Numbered from the stretch's first letter, positions 1-13,865 are shown. The stretch: 64,000 bases of DNA from Setoptus koraiensis (GCA_048013815.1 CM106586.1:4960001-5024000), one strand, 5' to 3'. The notes: generated by a model from the letters alone, not told the origin. Translations and numbers: made by a program.

Positions 1-617
1 ATAATATACGACTGCAATTCTCGCTTCGAAAATTCTCATGCTCCGTTGTGCCGAGACGAGCAAGTCGATCGGAATTCGGGAAGGCGCGATTTTATTCGTG
101 TCTTTTCCTTGTTGCTTGTTCTATTTTGTTTGCAAAAATCATCGCGCACTCTGACGAGGCTGACTCGCGATGATGGGCACACCGACTAGTGACTCAATGG
201 CAAGCTCAGGGCGATTTTCGCGTCTGGCTCGCCGTGCGCAGTCTGTCGTGTTCGGGCGATACCGTGCCTCTGTTGGGCACCTTTGTGAACCCTCGCAGAG
301 GCGCTCGCCGATGCGCCAACACCGCTGACCGGCCGGCCGGCCGGCTGGTGTGACCTTCAATTTCGAGTGCGCCATAATAATCGCCACACTAATGTCCACA
401 ACGGACGATATCCCGTTATACTGTTTAGTGGGCCCATTTGGGCCCACGAAATATCCGCGCCTCAGGCCGCCGGCTAAGCTGGACTTTGTGGAGCGGTTGG
501 CGGTGCTAGCTTGGCGGTGGAGCGCGCCCACAATACAGAGTGGCTCATAGTTGGTGCGCCGGCATCGCGGACAACGGCGCCAACGATAACGCCACCAGCA
601 CCAGCAACAACAGCACC

Positions 618-682
<65 letters not shown>

Positions 683-683
683 C
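618..683. repeat. (AAC)n microsatellite
   Basis: About 22 perfect units. Confidence 0.95.
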
Positions 684-1601
684 TCTGTATCAAGTGCGCG
701 CGCCAGCGAGAACGGGCCGGGCCCCCGTTTCAATGGCCCCGAAAGGACGCAGTAAATGGAGTGGCGGGCCCACATCGGCGCTGCGCTCGCTTCATGGAGC
801 GTGAGCTCGCCGGAGCCCATCGGAATTAATCTTGTCGCCGTTATTGGCCACCGCACAATGGTGGCCGGGCCGGCGGTCCATTGATTGTGGCCAGCACCAT
901 TTATAATCGCATGTGTGTGTGCGAGCTGTTACGTCGTAATATAATCTCTATGCCACAGAGTCTGTCTGGCGGTCGCTTGTGGGCAGCGGCAACGGCAAAA
1001 CTGCTGAGGCCCCAACCGACTATTTTTGGTGAGTTGGCAACATCAAGTGTTGCCGTTTATAAACGCGCAGTCTCTTTGTGAGGGCAAGATTAAAATTCGA
1101 ATGGTCGGCTGGCTGGCCGGCGGCCGGCGGCTGGCGGCTGGAAAATAATAATCTCGAGGCATGGAGGCACAGAGAGAGCGAGATAATCATCAGCACAACA
1201 AATGCAAATTTGTCGGCTGCCGCCAGCGGCGGCCAGTGGCGGACAGCGGCCGAAAGCGGGCCCCATTTGTCGGCCGCTCAAGTAGCAGCTCAAGCAATCG
1301 CCGACGGTCAGTCGCTTAATTCTGGTCACTTCTGGTGGCGCGGCGGAATTGAGCCAGGCTCAAAACTGACCACTTAAGCCGGTGCCAGGAACAATTAGCT
1401 CGCGTGCCGGCGTGACAATTGGGTGGCGCGCCAATTTGGAGCGGCGACTCGACTCACCGCGAATTGTTAGAGCATTCGTCGGGCAGAGGAGCGAAAAAAG
1501 AATGGCAAAGAAGGGGCCAAAGAAAAAGAAATAATGTGTCTGTTTATAACAGTTATAACAGCGGCAACTGCCGCCTGTTATAACTGTGTTACCGTCGTGT
1601 G

Positions 1602-1883
1602 TCAGTCAGTTAATTGCACTTGTGCGCGAGCCACACGCTTGCACCGGGGCCCCCAAGCTCGCCAATGAGCATCATTACGACGTGCCCAGTTGGGGCCAGC
1701 TGCATATGAGCGGCTTTTGTCATTTGGCAGCTGCCAAACGATTGTTTGTTGTTGGCGCTTAATCGACTCGACCGATTGCGCAATAATGCGCGGGGCCTCA
1801 CTGTCCGCTGTTGCGCTGTCGAACTCGTTTGCAACTAGCACCACACCGGCCAAGCCAGCAGCATCAGCGCCAGCAGCAGCCCA
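1602..1883 (-). CDS. CTNNAL1: probable further alpha-catulin exon (WAAAG...ANEFDSA...PRIIAQSVESIKRQQQTIVW); donor site not fixed
   Basis: Phase-0 acceptor TTTTTAGTCAG|TGG is compatible with the upstream donor. EFDSA and RII..S......QQTIVW resemble the remembered DFTDSA and RILELS...LQQLISVW. The lower coordinate is the ORF stop; the real exon probably ends earlier. Confidence 0.5.
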   Translation of the reverse strand, partial: WAAAGADAAGLAGVVLVANEFDSATADSEAPRIIAQSVESIKRQQQTIVWQLPNDKSRSYAAGPNWARRNDAHWRAWGPRCKRVARAQVQLTD

Positions 1884-2098
1884 CTGACTAAAAACTATTG
1901 AAATTTGTTGTGCCGTCGGAATCTCCGGCTTGCAGTATGACCGTTATATCAAGGTATGTTGCACAACACGATGTTGCCTTACGTTACGCCAAGTTACGTA
2001 ACTTACGTAACTTGGCGCCGACACAGCGGCCACAATAATAAGTGCGACTGCAATAAGTAACTGTAATGATAATAATGATAATATATATATGGACTCAC

Positions 2099-2831
2099 CT
2101 GAAGCTCGCTAATGGCCACGTGCACCGTTGAGATATTGTTGGGTCCGCTGAGAAACCAATTAAGTATCTGGAGGGCACAGTATTGAATAGACGACGCTTG
2201 TTGTTGCTGCTGCTGCTGATTACATAACAGCGGCCGCTGCTCATTAACACCAGTTGTTTTGATATTGTTGTTGCTGTTGTTTTGGCCACTGTTACCGCTG
2301 CCTGTGGCAGCGTTGTGATTATTTTGAAAGTCCAACAGTGACATTGGATAAGGTAAGAGGGGCGACGAGTTTTTCGCCTGCTCCAACTGACCGACGCTGT
2401 TGTTGTTGCATTGGTCTAGCGGGTCCGATTGCTTGTTGTTTGTCGGATTGTTGCTTGCCGTAGACATGAACATGGCCGATTGGTGGTGCAGTTGTTGTTG
2501 CTGTTGTTGATTGTTGTGATGGTCAGCGTAACGTTTCACTAGCTGACTCATCAGCGAAGGCTGCTGTTGCTGGTAATGGTTGGTATGCACAATGTTGGTA
2601 TCAAGCTGACGCAGGGGCTGACTGACATATCGTTGTTGCTGTTGGGCGGCTGCTGGTTGCATTTGATCGGAGAAGACACTTTGTTTAATGATGGCCATAA
2701 TAATGCTCATCGAGGCCTTTATTTGCAACAAAACAGAGTCGCGCGTCTCGCGCGCCTTGTCGCAATCGGGGTGCCTGAGGCACGCCTTGGCAGCGCTCAA
2801 TAGCAATATGATTGACCTGTCAATGATCACT
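2099..2831 (-). CDS. CTNNAL1: alpha-catulin-like exon (VIIDRSIILLLSAAKACLRHPDCDKARE...ISELQ) with long Q/N-rich insertion
   Basis: LLLSAAKACLRHPDC matches the catulin motif LLTASKTCLRHPNC. Acceptor AACAG|A at 2831 (phase 2) and donor CAG|GTGAGT at 2098. Confidence 0.85.
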
Positions 2832-5349
2832 CTGTTGTCGTTTGGTTGTGTGTTATTTTGTGGTCATTCGATGGTTATTTTGTGGTTTTTCGGTGGTTGT
2901 TCGGTGGTCATTCGGTGGTTGTTCGGTGGTTTTTCGGCGGTTTTTCAGTTGGTTGGTTATTCAGTTTTCGCAAAACGGACAGTGCGCGCAACCGGAAGAG
3001 CGTTGATGAGGTCGAAAATTGGCCAGCAATGCAGCGCACACAAATCAGCGGTGTGCAACGGAATAACGTTGGTGTCCAGCGTGATTGAATTGTCGAATGA
3101 AGCAAGGTCACGTGAAACAATGAGCGCAGGTTGTTGTTGTTGTTGTTGTTGTTATTTGGTTGTTTGGCATTCGAACCCGTAATCAATGAACGGACGACGG
3201 TTTGTTTGTTGTTACGCAAATAGTTGGTGGGCCGCGTTTCCATGTTGTTGTTGGCAAGTGACGTGTTCGGCCAATGCCAGTTTGGGTGTAATGATGATCA
3301 CGATGGGCCCCAGCACGCGCACGTTGAACGTGCACGATGCGGAAGGAAGGAGCCGCGAGAGATAAATAGAGGTTGATAGAGGTTAGTTCTAAATGGATTA
3401 GTGGTGTTTCGCGATGCCAAACAAAACACAAACATATACTAAAAACGCACAGAGAACGCATGCCAAACTATACTGCTAGCAAGCCGCGCCCCACCATCAA
3501 GAATGGCTAGAAAATATCCGATTCGTTCGGGTGCCAAGTCGCTAGACGCTCGCTCGCTCGCTCGTTTGCTATTGGCGATATTTGCCGCGCCACCTGGCCA
3601 CTCAAACTCAGCACTCACATCGAGGCCAGAAATGGGCTTGGGATTGGCGCGCAAAAAAGATCAATTATTTTGCGCAAATAAACCCAACAAATCCGAGCGC
3701 CTGTAAATATTGGCCTTGTAAATGTGTGTGATTGGTGGGGTCGCTACATGCATGCGGCCCTCTATTCATCTGGACAAACAAGTAGCCCGCCAGAAAAGCA
3801 AACAAACATGCACAATAAAGCCATGCTCTCGCATGCTCCGGCGATTTGCTGTCGCCCGACACAAATTATTATTGCTGAATCGCTAATGGGCACCGAGCCA
3901 CTGGCCAGTTGGGCCCAAACACATACACACAACTGATTGCTGTAAATACAAACTGTGTTGCCACTAGTTTTCCGATAAAAACCTTTTACCCGCAACTCGT
4001 GCAAAGAAGCCTCTTCCATTGGCGGTGCCTCTTCCACGAACGAATGACATTTTCTAGCTGGCAAAAACACACTCAAAAACTGGCTCATTCTCATAATTAG
4101 AGTTCGCATTTGAATCAAAAAACAAACGATCCAAGTGGCACTGGCTTCACATTCTCTCGTCCCAGCTAGAGGTGTATCTCTTTGGTATAGGCAATCTGTG
4201 AATCATAGCCAAATAACAAAAGATTATGGCCGCAAGAAGCCATCCAATTTATTTGGCTATCGGGCAATCATCTTGTGCACGACGCCAATTTAATCGTCTC
4301 ATTTTGCACCGAATTGATTGGATGAAAGCGACATTCAGTCCTAAAAATAGCTGGAACAAGTTCCGGCCAGATCCAAACCCATTCAATTACATCAGAAGCC
4401 ATTGAATATTTTTGGCTCAGAACGGTCGACATTAAGCACTTACATCTGACAATTTTATAAACTAAAACTTGCTAATCTAATAGTGATTGGTTTGCATGTC
4501 GGTGAAATATACCACATGTGTGTCGAAATGATCGCGCTAATCGATCCCAATTTAATGAATTTCTATTTTTATTCAACAAAATTAAACCATATCATGCGAC
4601 ATCATTAGTTTTGGCATAAATAATGATCAGCATCAGCTGAGCAAATAATTGGATTATATTCTCGCTCAATTCAAAATATCAAAAAAATAATTATGAATAA
4701 AATATTGTTGCTTACCTATTGACTGCAAATAGTGTTTGCATATCTTGCAGTTGTTCGGTCAACTTCAATTTTGCCTTAGTGTGACTTGCCGGCTTGTTGT
4801 GGTGCCAGAAATTGGAACGTCCATGTTGTATCGTCGAAGCTGATTCACTGGATATTTCGTTGGCCCAGTTCTAAATTGATGTGTTTGTTTAGTATGTGCG
4901 TGTATGTATGTAAAAAGGAAGCAGAATAAGAGAACAGAGTAAGAGATCGATGTGGTCAATATCTACACTGCTAGTCAGTTGGGCTGCTTTAAAAACATTT
5001 TTGCACAAGAATCTATGGTTTGGACCCCACGACGCTCACACGAAAAAATGGCCGGAAAAACGACAAGCGTCGGTAGCTTGAGAAGCCAAGCTACAGTTTA
5101 GACTATTTTGTAACTATGTCAGCTTGAACAAAGTTTCAGGAGTGCGAAACGCTTACGAGGCAGGGCCTCGAATCTGTCTGGAAACGATAAAAATATAATC
5201 GGTACACTCATCAAATGGGATTTATTTATTTATGAAGCACTTAGAGAATTGATTTGGCAATCATTAATTGGGCGAACCACACTTCTTGCAAAGATGATCG
5301 GATAGGTTTACTTATTTTTATTTGAAATTTGAAAATTGATACCTGTTCA

Positions 5350-5581
5350 ACGAGAAGCAAAGCGAGAAAGCGAAATTGAAAAAACTTGAGAGCAATATAT
5401 CTCTAATGCTTGCGTAACAGGTACAAGTGAGCTGCAACGATGGGGCCCCTAGTATTACCTCCATTCAACAGTTGCAAATTTTAAATCAATAGACCGCATC
5501 CTCGATCGTTCGAAGCCATACAATAAATGATCTTACTAATCATGATTATGAATCGCTGTTGAAGCGCACGAATTCTTTGTA
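5350..5581 (+). repeat. dispersed duplication matching ~8255-8325 plus 9301-9445
   Basis: Two segments that are contiguous here are separated by 979 bp in the second copy. Confidence 0.85.
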
Positions 5582-8099
5582 TCTCGATTCGTTTCTTAAT
5601 TTCCAGCCTTATTCTAACTGCAAACGAACGAACTAACTGAGACAAGATTGACACTTTCCGGGTAGACTGCCCGTGCTTCTCTATTACCGTCTATCGTCAT
5701 TTGGACAGTTTTTTGGAGTAAAGCCACGTGATGGACACGTACCAAGTGCCAACGAAAGCCCGTTCGTTTCGTTTGATATAAAATAGATCAGGCCATATAA
5801 ATGAGACTCGTGGCATTCGTAAAATCCACAAATCCGGTCGTTAGAATTTAGTGGCGCTGATATGAAGCTAAGCTCTTGTAACGTGATTATGTGAACTGAA
5901 TACACCACTAATGTGCATGGCAATTGGTGTTGCCCAAATAGACTTTTGTTGATTGATTATCGAGTGATTGAGGCTGAGCTCGTTCCAATTCGCTTCACGA
6001 TTTGCAAAAGTTGGCCGGACCCCACTTAAGTCAAGGCCGACTCTTTTGCTCGTCCGAACTTTGACCCCCTTTGTTTCGCGACTGTATTGAAGCTAAAAAA
6101 TAGCATTAATCCTGTTGGTGTGCTATCTAGGCATCATCAGCGACAAACAGGCGAACGAAAAACAACATCCAGCGAAGAGGCGGCTGAATGTTGTGTGCAA
6201 CTATCTGTCACCGAAAATAACCTCCTTTGCTTTTTTTCTACTAGCACATGGAGCGAATAATTTCTCGGCTCTATTCAATGCGTTTGTTGCCATCAGGATA
6301 TTCTTTTTTCTGGTACAAAACCCTAGAATTCCTTCATCTGAATTTACACGACTCAGAGGTTCGATTAGTCCCAGGTGATGGCGATAAAGAATATTTCGGC
6401 CCCACCGCAGATGTCAGCCACACTTTTTGTGCAGCATCCTGGCCAGAGTGGGTGCAGAGGGCGAAAAAACGAAAAAGCGAAATTTCTGCGCTCTCGTTCT
6501 CTTTCAAAACGAATTTCCGCCCGGTTGCGAAAAGGCCATTGATTCAAAGCGCTCGCTTTGTTCCAAATCGTCATGAATGATCGTCGTGTGTGAATGCAAA
6601 GATATTTTGGCGTTTCCGTATCCTTGAAGAGACCGCTCCCAAATTCCAAATATAGAGCCTCCAGGGAGGCTCAAGATGGATGTTTTGCGCCAATGAAAAG
6701 CACGCGAGACAAGACAGCCCAGGTCAGTGCAAATAAACTACTTCGATGCAGGCCACGTTCTGCCTGAATGGGCCGCAATGAGTGGGGATATTTCTGAAGC
6801 ATCACTCCAAAATGGCGACGGCCTCTTTGCTGATCAGACTGTGTTGAGCCAAATAAATTGCGGACAGAGAAAAGAAGCAACCGAGTTCTCTTTTTGAGCA
6901 TCGTGCCTCTTGTTCGGCCGAAGCATTGTCTCGAAACGGCTGCCAACTGCAGCCCAAAATAAATACCCCGAGCAGCTATGTGAATTATCGAGATTGATTT
7001 CAGTCTATTTAGACATTAATGGCACCAGCTGCGCCCACGCAATGTCCTGGTAGCAGTTGAGGGCCTCATCTATTCACATGGTGCACAAGTTCGAAAAAAA
7101 GAGCCATTGAGAAAAAAGAAAAGAGGCGAATTTGGGGATTTTTTCCCGCCCGCCAACTTCTAACCAGCGCTTGTTTTTAACGCTCCTTCTCGACGCCTTT
7201 TTTCCGCACTCGTTCTTTCAGTGCCTCAGTGCCAGTGCCTCTCTTGTGTTCTGTCTAACGGGACGCACGTATTGTCTCAATGAAAAATGAGACCCTCACA
7301 TGTGTGCGCTGGTGGCCAATGCAGTCAAACAACATGTCCCACTAAACACAACAACGGATGGGCCAGACGGCAAATACCGAAAGTGTGTAAGATTGGCCCA
7401 CTTTTGGCATGCCCATTTCGGCACTTTAACTTTTAATGGAACAACAAATGTGTCGTCGCTACCCCTTGATGCCCGAATTATCATTGAAATATTCCTTCGT
7501 TATTGATGCTATTGTCGTCGTACTTGCTGCTGTTACCTATGTGGCCGATGTTGTCGTCGTAGGTGCCCAGAGTCATACTGGTCGCCGATGACTAGTTATT
7601 GCTGACAGCCCGTCATTGACTAGCTATTGGCGTAGTTCAACGCAAGCTACCTCCAGGCCAATATCAACATTATGTAAATCAAGCTGTCGGCACTCAATAT
7701 ATACTGGCCATAGTGCTGACTACTGACTCGTGGCAGTGGCAGTGGCAGTAAATATAGTGATAATAACAACAACAAAAATATAAACATTGGCATGCAAATG
7801 AACACAGGCACTAGTGACTGCGGGGCCCTGTGCTCTCGATATTTATCTGTCTGCGTCAAAATGCTTGTTTCCAGTTTGAATTTCCAGCCAGACATGGATA
7901 TAGCACACGGAGTGCCAATTGCACCTCGAAAACTGGAAGTTTCCATTGTGAAATCTTCTGCTAGCTTCAATGCGGCAATCACCATACGTATTTTAGTTTA
8001 CTTCACCTGACCATGATTTCGAGGCCGAGTTCTCACGTGCATAAGTATTACAGCAACGCAAGCTCGAGCAAGCTACCGATCGTCAGGATGGCAGAAGAG

Positions 8100-8171
<72 letters not shown>

Positions 8172-8175
8172 GATA
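8100..8175. repeat. (GA)n-(GACA)n compound microsatellite
   Basis: Seen directly. Confidence 0.95.
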
Positions 8176-8586
8176 CCGACAAACAGACAGTCAGAAAAAT
8201 CATCAAACCGATTTTTTCATTTGAAACATGAAAGTTGATACTGCAAAAGGCGTAGTAAAATTGAAAAAACTTGAGAGTAGTATATTTCTAATGCCTGTGT
8301 AACAGGTACAAGTAAATTGCAACGAAAGTCTATTGCAGCGAGAAATCGTCTGAAATAATTGTTGCCAAGCGAATGTACTCAGATAGAGAAATATTTGTAC
8401 ATAATCGTGTGTCTGGCCTGAAAGCTGAAATAGATAGCACGCATGCCGAGTCGGAAGCTTTCTCTTGTAACGAACATTCACTAAATTTCACTCGACAAAT
8501 AATGATGATCGGTGGTTTCGACCGATGTTAATTGAAAACTTAATATTCTTTCGAGTAATCAACTAGTAAGGTAATAACCGAATAAG

Positions 8587-9051
8587 GTGATGATGAAGTC
8601 AGGAATGATCAGCGTTTCATTGGCGCTACTGATGGTTTTCCTGGTTATAACTGATGCAGCTCCTTGTGTAGGGGGCTGGGAAAAACATGGAAGACGAAAG
8701 CACAAAGGTTCCCGGTACAGTGACAGCGAGGAAGGATCCAGTAGGGGATGGTGGGGGGGTTCGGATGATGATGTAGGTAGTGGTCCAGAAGATTTCAATA
8801 CCGATTCCGAAAATACACATAATGGAATAGGAATAGTGCCTGGGCATTGGGCTGATACTCACGAGGAGAAACCCCGCTATATACCAGAGGATTGGTGGCA
8901 ATTTGGTATACCAGAGTTTTTTAGAAGTAAATTTACCCAAGACGACGAAGTACATAGACGAGGTGATGCGCTTTGCAAGAGGAATAATGGCGAGTGGGCT
9001 AAGAAATGTCCAACTTGTTGTGGCTTTCGTCCAGCTGGTTTGGGAAAATAA
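8587..9051 (+). CDS. orphan secreted protein or peptide precursor, 154 aa, nested antisense in a catulin intron
   Basis: Intact single ORF with an N-terminal hydrophobic signal (ISVSLALLMVFLVITDA), acidic/Gly/Trp-rich middle, dibasic RR sites, a C-terminal 4-Cys cluster and terminal GK. Confidence 0.65.
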   Translation: MMMKSGMISVSLALLMVFLVITDAAPCVGGWEKHGRRKHKGSRYSDSEEGSSRGWWGGSDDDVGSGPEDFNTDSENTHNGIGIVPGHWADTHEEKPRYIPEDWWQFGIPEFFRSKFTQDDEVHRRGDALCKRNNGEWAKKCPTCCGFRPAGLGK

Positions 9052-10085
9052 TGAATCTTGTAACTGAACCAAAGTATCCTCGACCCGACAACCTCAGACC
9101 GCACATCATCTTTTAGTCCGAAGAATGATTATTTTACGCCCAATTCAGCCAATACCCAATGAACAATCCTCGTGCGTCATCTAGAAACCAGAATCAAACC
9201 CAGCAACGAAAATGACAGGTCAGTGTCCAAATATGCACGATGTGGATGCTACAAGAAGACAAACACCCAGCAGTTACTATCGGTACAACATTAGTTAGAC
9301 ACGATGGGGCCCCTAGTATTACCTCCATTCAACAGTTGCAAATTTTAAATCAATAGACCGCATCCTCGATCTTTCGAAACCACACAATAAATGATCTTAC
9401 TAATCATGATTATGAATCGCTGTTGAAGCGCACGAATTCTTTGTGCTCTCAATCTCGACAAGTCGCCGATCCATCTATTTCGGAGGTTGTTAGCGAGTGA
9501 CGTGCATGAGTTTTGTCCGTAAATCGACATCCGTCTCGGCGTGGTGTGGGTGCTCGAGCGCACATACCGATCAATTTAGTGAAGAGTCACGGATAATCCG
9601 AGCGGATATTCTTATGTGACAATTTACAATCTAAACTTCATCAGTCTTCAATGAACTGCTGTGCCACGCAGAAATATTGATCGTGATTTCTAGTTGAATC
9701 CGTGCAAAAATGGAAGTGACGCACGCAATCTTTGCGATTGTGTCGAAGAACCGCTAATGCATTCTCTGTCTTTAGCAAGGCGAGCTTCTCGAGGTGCAGA
9801 AGTTAAATCTCGGATGGGAAAATATCACCGTGGTGCTCGCATCGCCTCCCATCTCGCACCTCTGCCCACACGCATGCAAGAAATTATTCCTCACAACAGG
9901 GAGAGCTCGCTCCTCTCTTGAAAAAATTGACCAAGATTTTCTTAGTGTGGAAAGAAACCCTGTCGAGTTTTGTGTGCTCGCTACCTTTTGTCGGTGGGGG
10001 CATGAGGGATGCCCGACCGAAGCCAAAAAGAGCATAGGAAACAGGGAGATAATCGTTGGCGAACATGTAAGACACGTAGACTTAC

Positions 10086-10370
10086 CTTGTTGTTGTCGAT
10101 GTTGTTGGCCTGCATTATTTGTCGGTTATTATGGCTAAATCTGCGACGGTCCACCAGACAGCCCGCTTCCATTGAGGCGACCGCCATCATCGCTTGCTGA
10201 TGATGATTAGTGGCCGCTATTTGCTGCTGGTGATTGGCTGGCAATGACATAAATTGGAACATCAACAGACATTGACCTAGATCCACGAGCTCGTAGCTCA
10301 TTAGTCCGAAAGCCCTGAGTAGTTCACTGTAGTTGGCCACGTTCTCCAGCCTGCTAAGTGCAATGGAATT
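10086..10370 (-). CDS. CTNNAL1: alpha-catulin-like exon (NSIALSRLENVANYSELLRAFG...NNIDNNK)
   Basis: Acceptor CACAG|AAT and donor AAG|GTAAGT, 285 nt, phase 0/0. Joined to the previous exon it gives KDR-NSIALSRLENVANYSELL, which aligns without gaps to the remembered RNK-VLATMERLEKVNSFQEFV. Confidence 0.8.
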
Positions 10371-12812
10371 CTGTGCTCGTGTTCACCGTTTGTCCGTTAG
10401 ATAATTCGTTTATTGGTTCAGTGGGTCGTTTGTTAGTTTGGATAATAAAGATATGGATAGCTGATTAGTAATTGATTAATTAGTGATGCAGTTTATTAGT
10501 CGGGCAGGTTACGTTTAAAACACACACACACTCAAGCACACACGAGAGACGTCTAGACGGATCGGTATTGACATCAAACATTGGCCTTGCTGATTGGCCA
10601 ATAGGAAGAGCGAGCAAACAGATGATCGAGAAAGAAATTAGCTAACAAGCTCGAGTTTATTCAATGATGGCACCAGCGAAAAAGGCCAGCGTATCCAGCA
10701 AGAAGGCACCAACCCAAACCAAGCAAGCAATTTTTGCTTGCTGCCTCGGTATTAGGGCTGCCGTTGCCGGTGTCGTGGGTAAACAACAAACCAATAATAA
10801 CGGTTCTAAGTAGGCAATTGATCTATATCAAATTGTATGCTTGCGTGGTGCTCAAACTGTGTATAACATGGCCCAGTTTTCCTAACCGCTGGCTAGCTCG
10901 CTCGCAAAGCTTCTTTTCGCCCGTGCCGAGAGAGGCTCCCTTAGCGCTAGCTTCCTTTAATAAACAAAGCGCGCTTTCTATCGATACTGTTTATTTATCT
11001 ACCTGATGACGGATCTTTTTGTTTGTGTTGTCTGCTCGTTTGCCAGCCCGAATGTCCCTTGATCCGTTTCGCCCAACTGCTCTCACTTTTCTTTTCTATC
11101 TTCTTCTCGCTCGCTTGCTCGCTCAATGTGGCCACTTTTCCGAGATGCTTATGATATTAGTCCGCTGATATTGGCGCGCTACGTTTCATGGCCCCCTATC
11201 GCAGAAAACAAACAAACGCCATTGCAATTGATTAGATTTTGTCTGGCCTCATCTGAGCGCCCCATCGATTCGATTCTAACCCATTTGAATAACGCCGCAA
11301 CGAATAAACAGCCGGATCTCTCTCGCATATACATGTATAACACTAGTGCAAATAAACTCGAAATAAAACCTTTTCAAAGATTACATTGTGATACCTCCGA
11401 AGCCCGTTATTATATATCTGCTCTGACGTCTGCTATTATCATCCTTATTTGTGATTAGAAAGCCTAGTTATGCATCCCGTGGCGCACATTCAATCAAACA
11501 GATAAGGCCAGGCTCGAGCCAAAAAGAGTGCAAAGATTTCCTGCTAAAAGATTAAAAACAGATGTTGCAGCGCATTTATTAATAATAATATTAATATCAT
11601 AATCAACTAGATAGCCCTTCAAGGAAACCGTTACTAGACAGTGTCTCGATAGAAAAAACTCACCAAAATTCACCAGCCCATTTATTTAGATTGGCCATTG
11701 GGCATACTTTAATGAAAACTGAGCTACTCGAGAGATTGCTAGCAGAGGTGGGCATGATGTGAATGATGAACTTCAATCAGCATTCAAGAACATCTAACAA
11801 AATATCAGGCTCATTCGCGAAACGAATTCTAGCCGACGAGTATGGCCCACCAATGCTACCGGTATATCCGTGATGAACATCTGAACAAAGTATTACTAGT
11901 GTATCTATGGGTCGGTTTCCATGAGATACGAATATAAGCTTGACAAGTTTTTTTTTCTGAATAATTAAAATCAGTTGCACACAGCATTTTGGATCATTTT
12001 TCGGTTTTTTTACTATTACTAAATTCAGAAATTTCAAGATGAATCGACGCTCGTCGTCCACATCAAGATAAAAAAGGCAAATGGAAAAATTCACGAAAAC
12101 AGCCTGCCTTTCGGTTTATAAGATAAAAAAGTGGAAAACTGTTATTTCCGCTGGAAACACACATGATTCAAAAGACTTATTCTAATGGGTCTGTTGTAGA
12201 TACAAACTTTCAGAGTTTCTACTCTACTTGGAAAATTTCGGATCAGAGGCGATTTCGTCATCATTCAATTCCGAGTCGGAATTTCCGACTGATTAATTGG
12301 TAGCGTCAGTGATGAAAATTTTATCATACAAGTCCACGCCGACAATTGAATGTCTAAGAATGGACTTTGAGCAAGTACAGTGCGTATACGGCTTCTTGCG
12401 AGTCGTGATAACGAATTAACGTTAACCTGAACGATTGCCTCAGTTGCGCCACCGTTGATATAAGCAAGCCTAAATGTCTGTTCATTTTGGCGAAAAACGC
12501 TCAATCATCTCCGTTTCAATAATGAAAAAGCATGTACAGGTAAAGTTGTCTCATGTTCGCCTTGGCCGCTGCTCTCTCTCTGCTATCAACAATGTAAACG
12601 AAACTAACTTTCGTTCATACGAGCCAAACACTATTGACCAGTGTTTGGCTAGATCGAAAGATGAACTAAAGTTAGTATCGCTTGCATTGTTGATAGCGGC
12701 CCCAATAGGGAGCAGTAGCGGTCATTCGCACACTGACTAGAGAATGAGAACGACGACTAATCATAGGGATATAGGTGCTGTTATATCACATGGATCGATT
12801 TGTATGTACAGT

Positions 12813-12815
12813 ATT

Positions 12816-12862
<47 letters not shown>
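12813..12862. repeat. (TA)n(TG)n microsatellite
   Basis: Seen directly. Confidence 0.9.
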
Positions 12863-12866
<4 letters not shown>

Positions 12867-13865
12867 TTGCATTGTAGATCTGAGGTAGTTGCAATAACAT
12901 TAGGCAGCTGAAATAACAAGCTTTTATATACACAGAGGAGATGCTATGAACAGATCGCGAATATCGCTATGTACCGTTCAGCTAGCACAAACTGTGGATT
13001 GGACCTGGAACAAGTGAAGCGTGCCGCTAAAGCGTCGCTAATTTCGCTTGAGTGTCGCTCCTCAGCCGCCGGACTGTATTTGTTGTCGTCACTGGTGTGA
13101 GGATGTGAAGATATAAGGATACAAGGATATGAGGATGTGTCACTGGCAATCCTCAGATCCTTCAGATATCTCGCTGCAAGCAGCTCAACGGATTCCGCTG
13201 ATCTGTGAGCCGAGCTTGCAATTCAAAAGAATAGAGCCGAAATAGTTTAAGTTTGTTCACACTGTTGCCCGCTGACAGTGTCTCTTCTTTTGAGTTGCAA
13301 GCTCGGCTCAAATTTTCAATTCATTTCCAGCTTCCAGTTGTGTCATGCAAGCTGACAAGTATTAGCTTGACAAGCAACACGATAATACTAATGGCCAACA
13401 ACGACAACTTGCACAAATTCTATCGCGTCTGAATTAGATTCATTGAATGAGAAGAACAGGTCCAAGCAGATTAAATCAGACGAGATAAGATCAGATAAAA
13501 CTGGACAAGCCACACACAAGACGGATGCACAGTCTAAATTATGTAATGTGTGCCGCTTGGGCAACGTGTAACGGGCCGACAACCAAATAAGGCAGCCATG
13601 TGATTCATCAATGGACGTCCCCCACTTGCTCATATCTCTAGTGCCATTTATTTTTAGTTGCACAGCCAGTTCGAAGGCATCGGCAGTGTTGCTATTAATA
13701 CTTTTTTACTTTCACTTCTGTGCGACAAGCGATTTCGAGCCACCAAACAACAAGTTCGAGCCGATATTAGCGAAAATTTTCTCACACAGGCCGCTCCTTC
13801 AAAAAATAGGAATATCAGTTCGACACAAAAATTTTCACTGGAAATTCCCCCTGACGGTGCCCAAA

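Noticed and set aside
139-856. PolyC/T/N/L ORFs
   Set aside because: Translations of the (AAC)n microsatellite.
6115-6946. Overlapping ~90-110 aa ORFs
   Set aside because: No recognisable motif or consistent splice structure.
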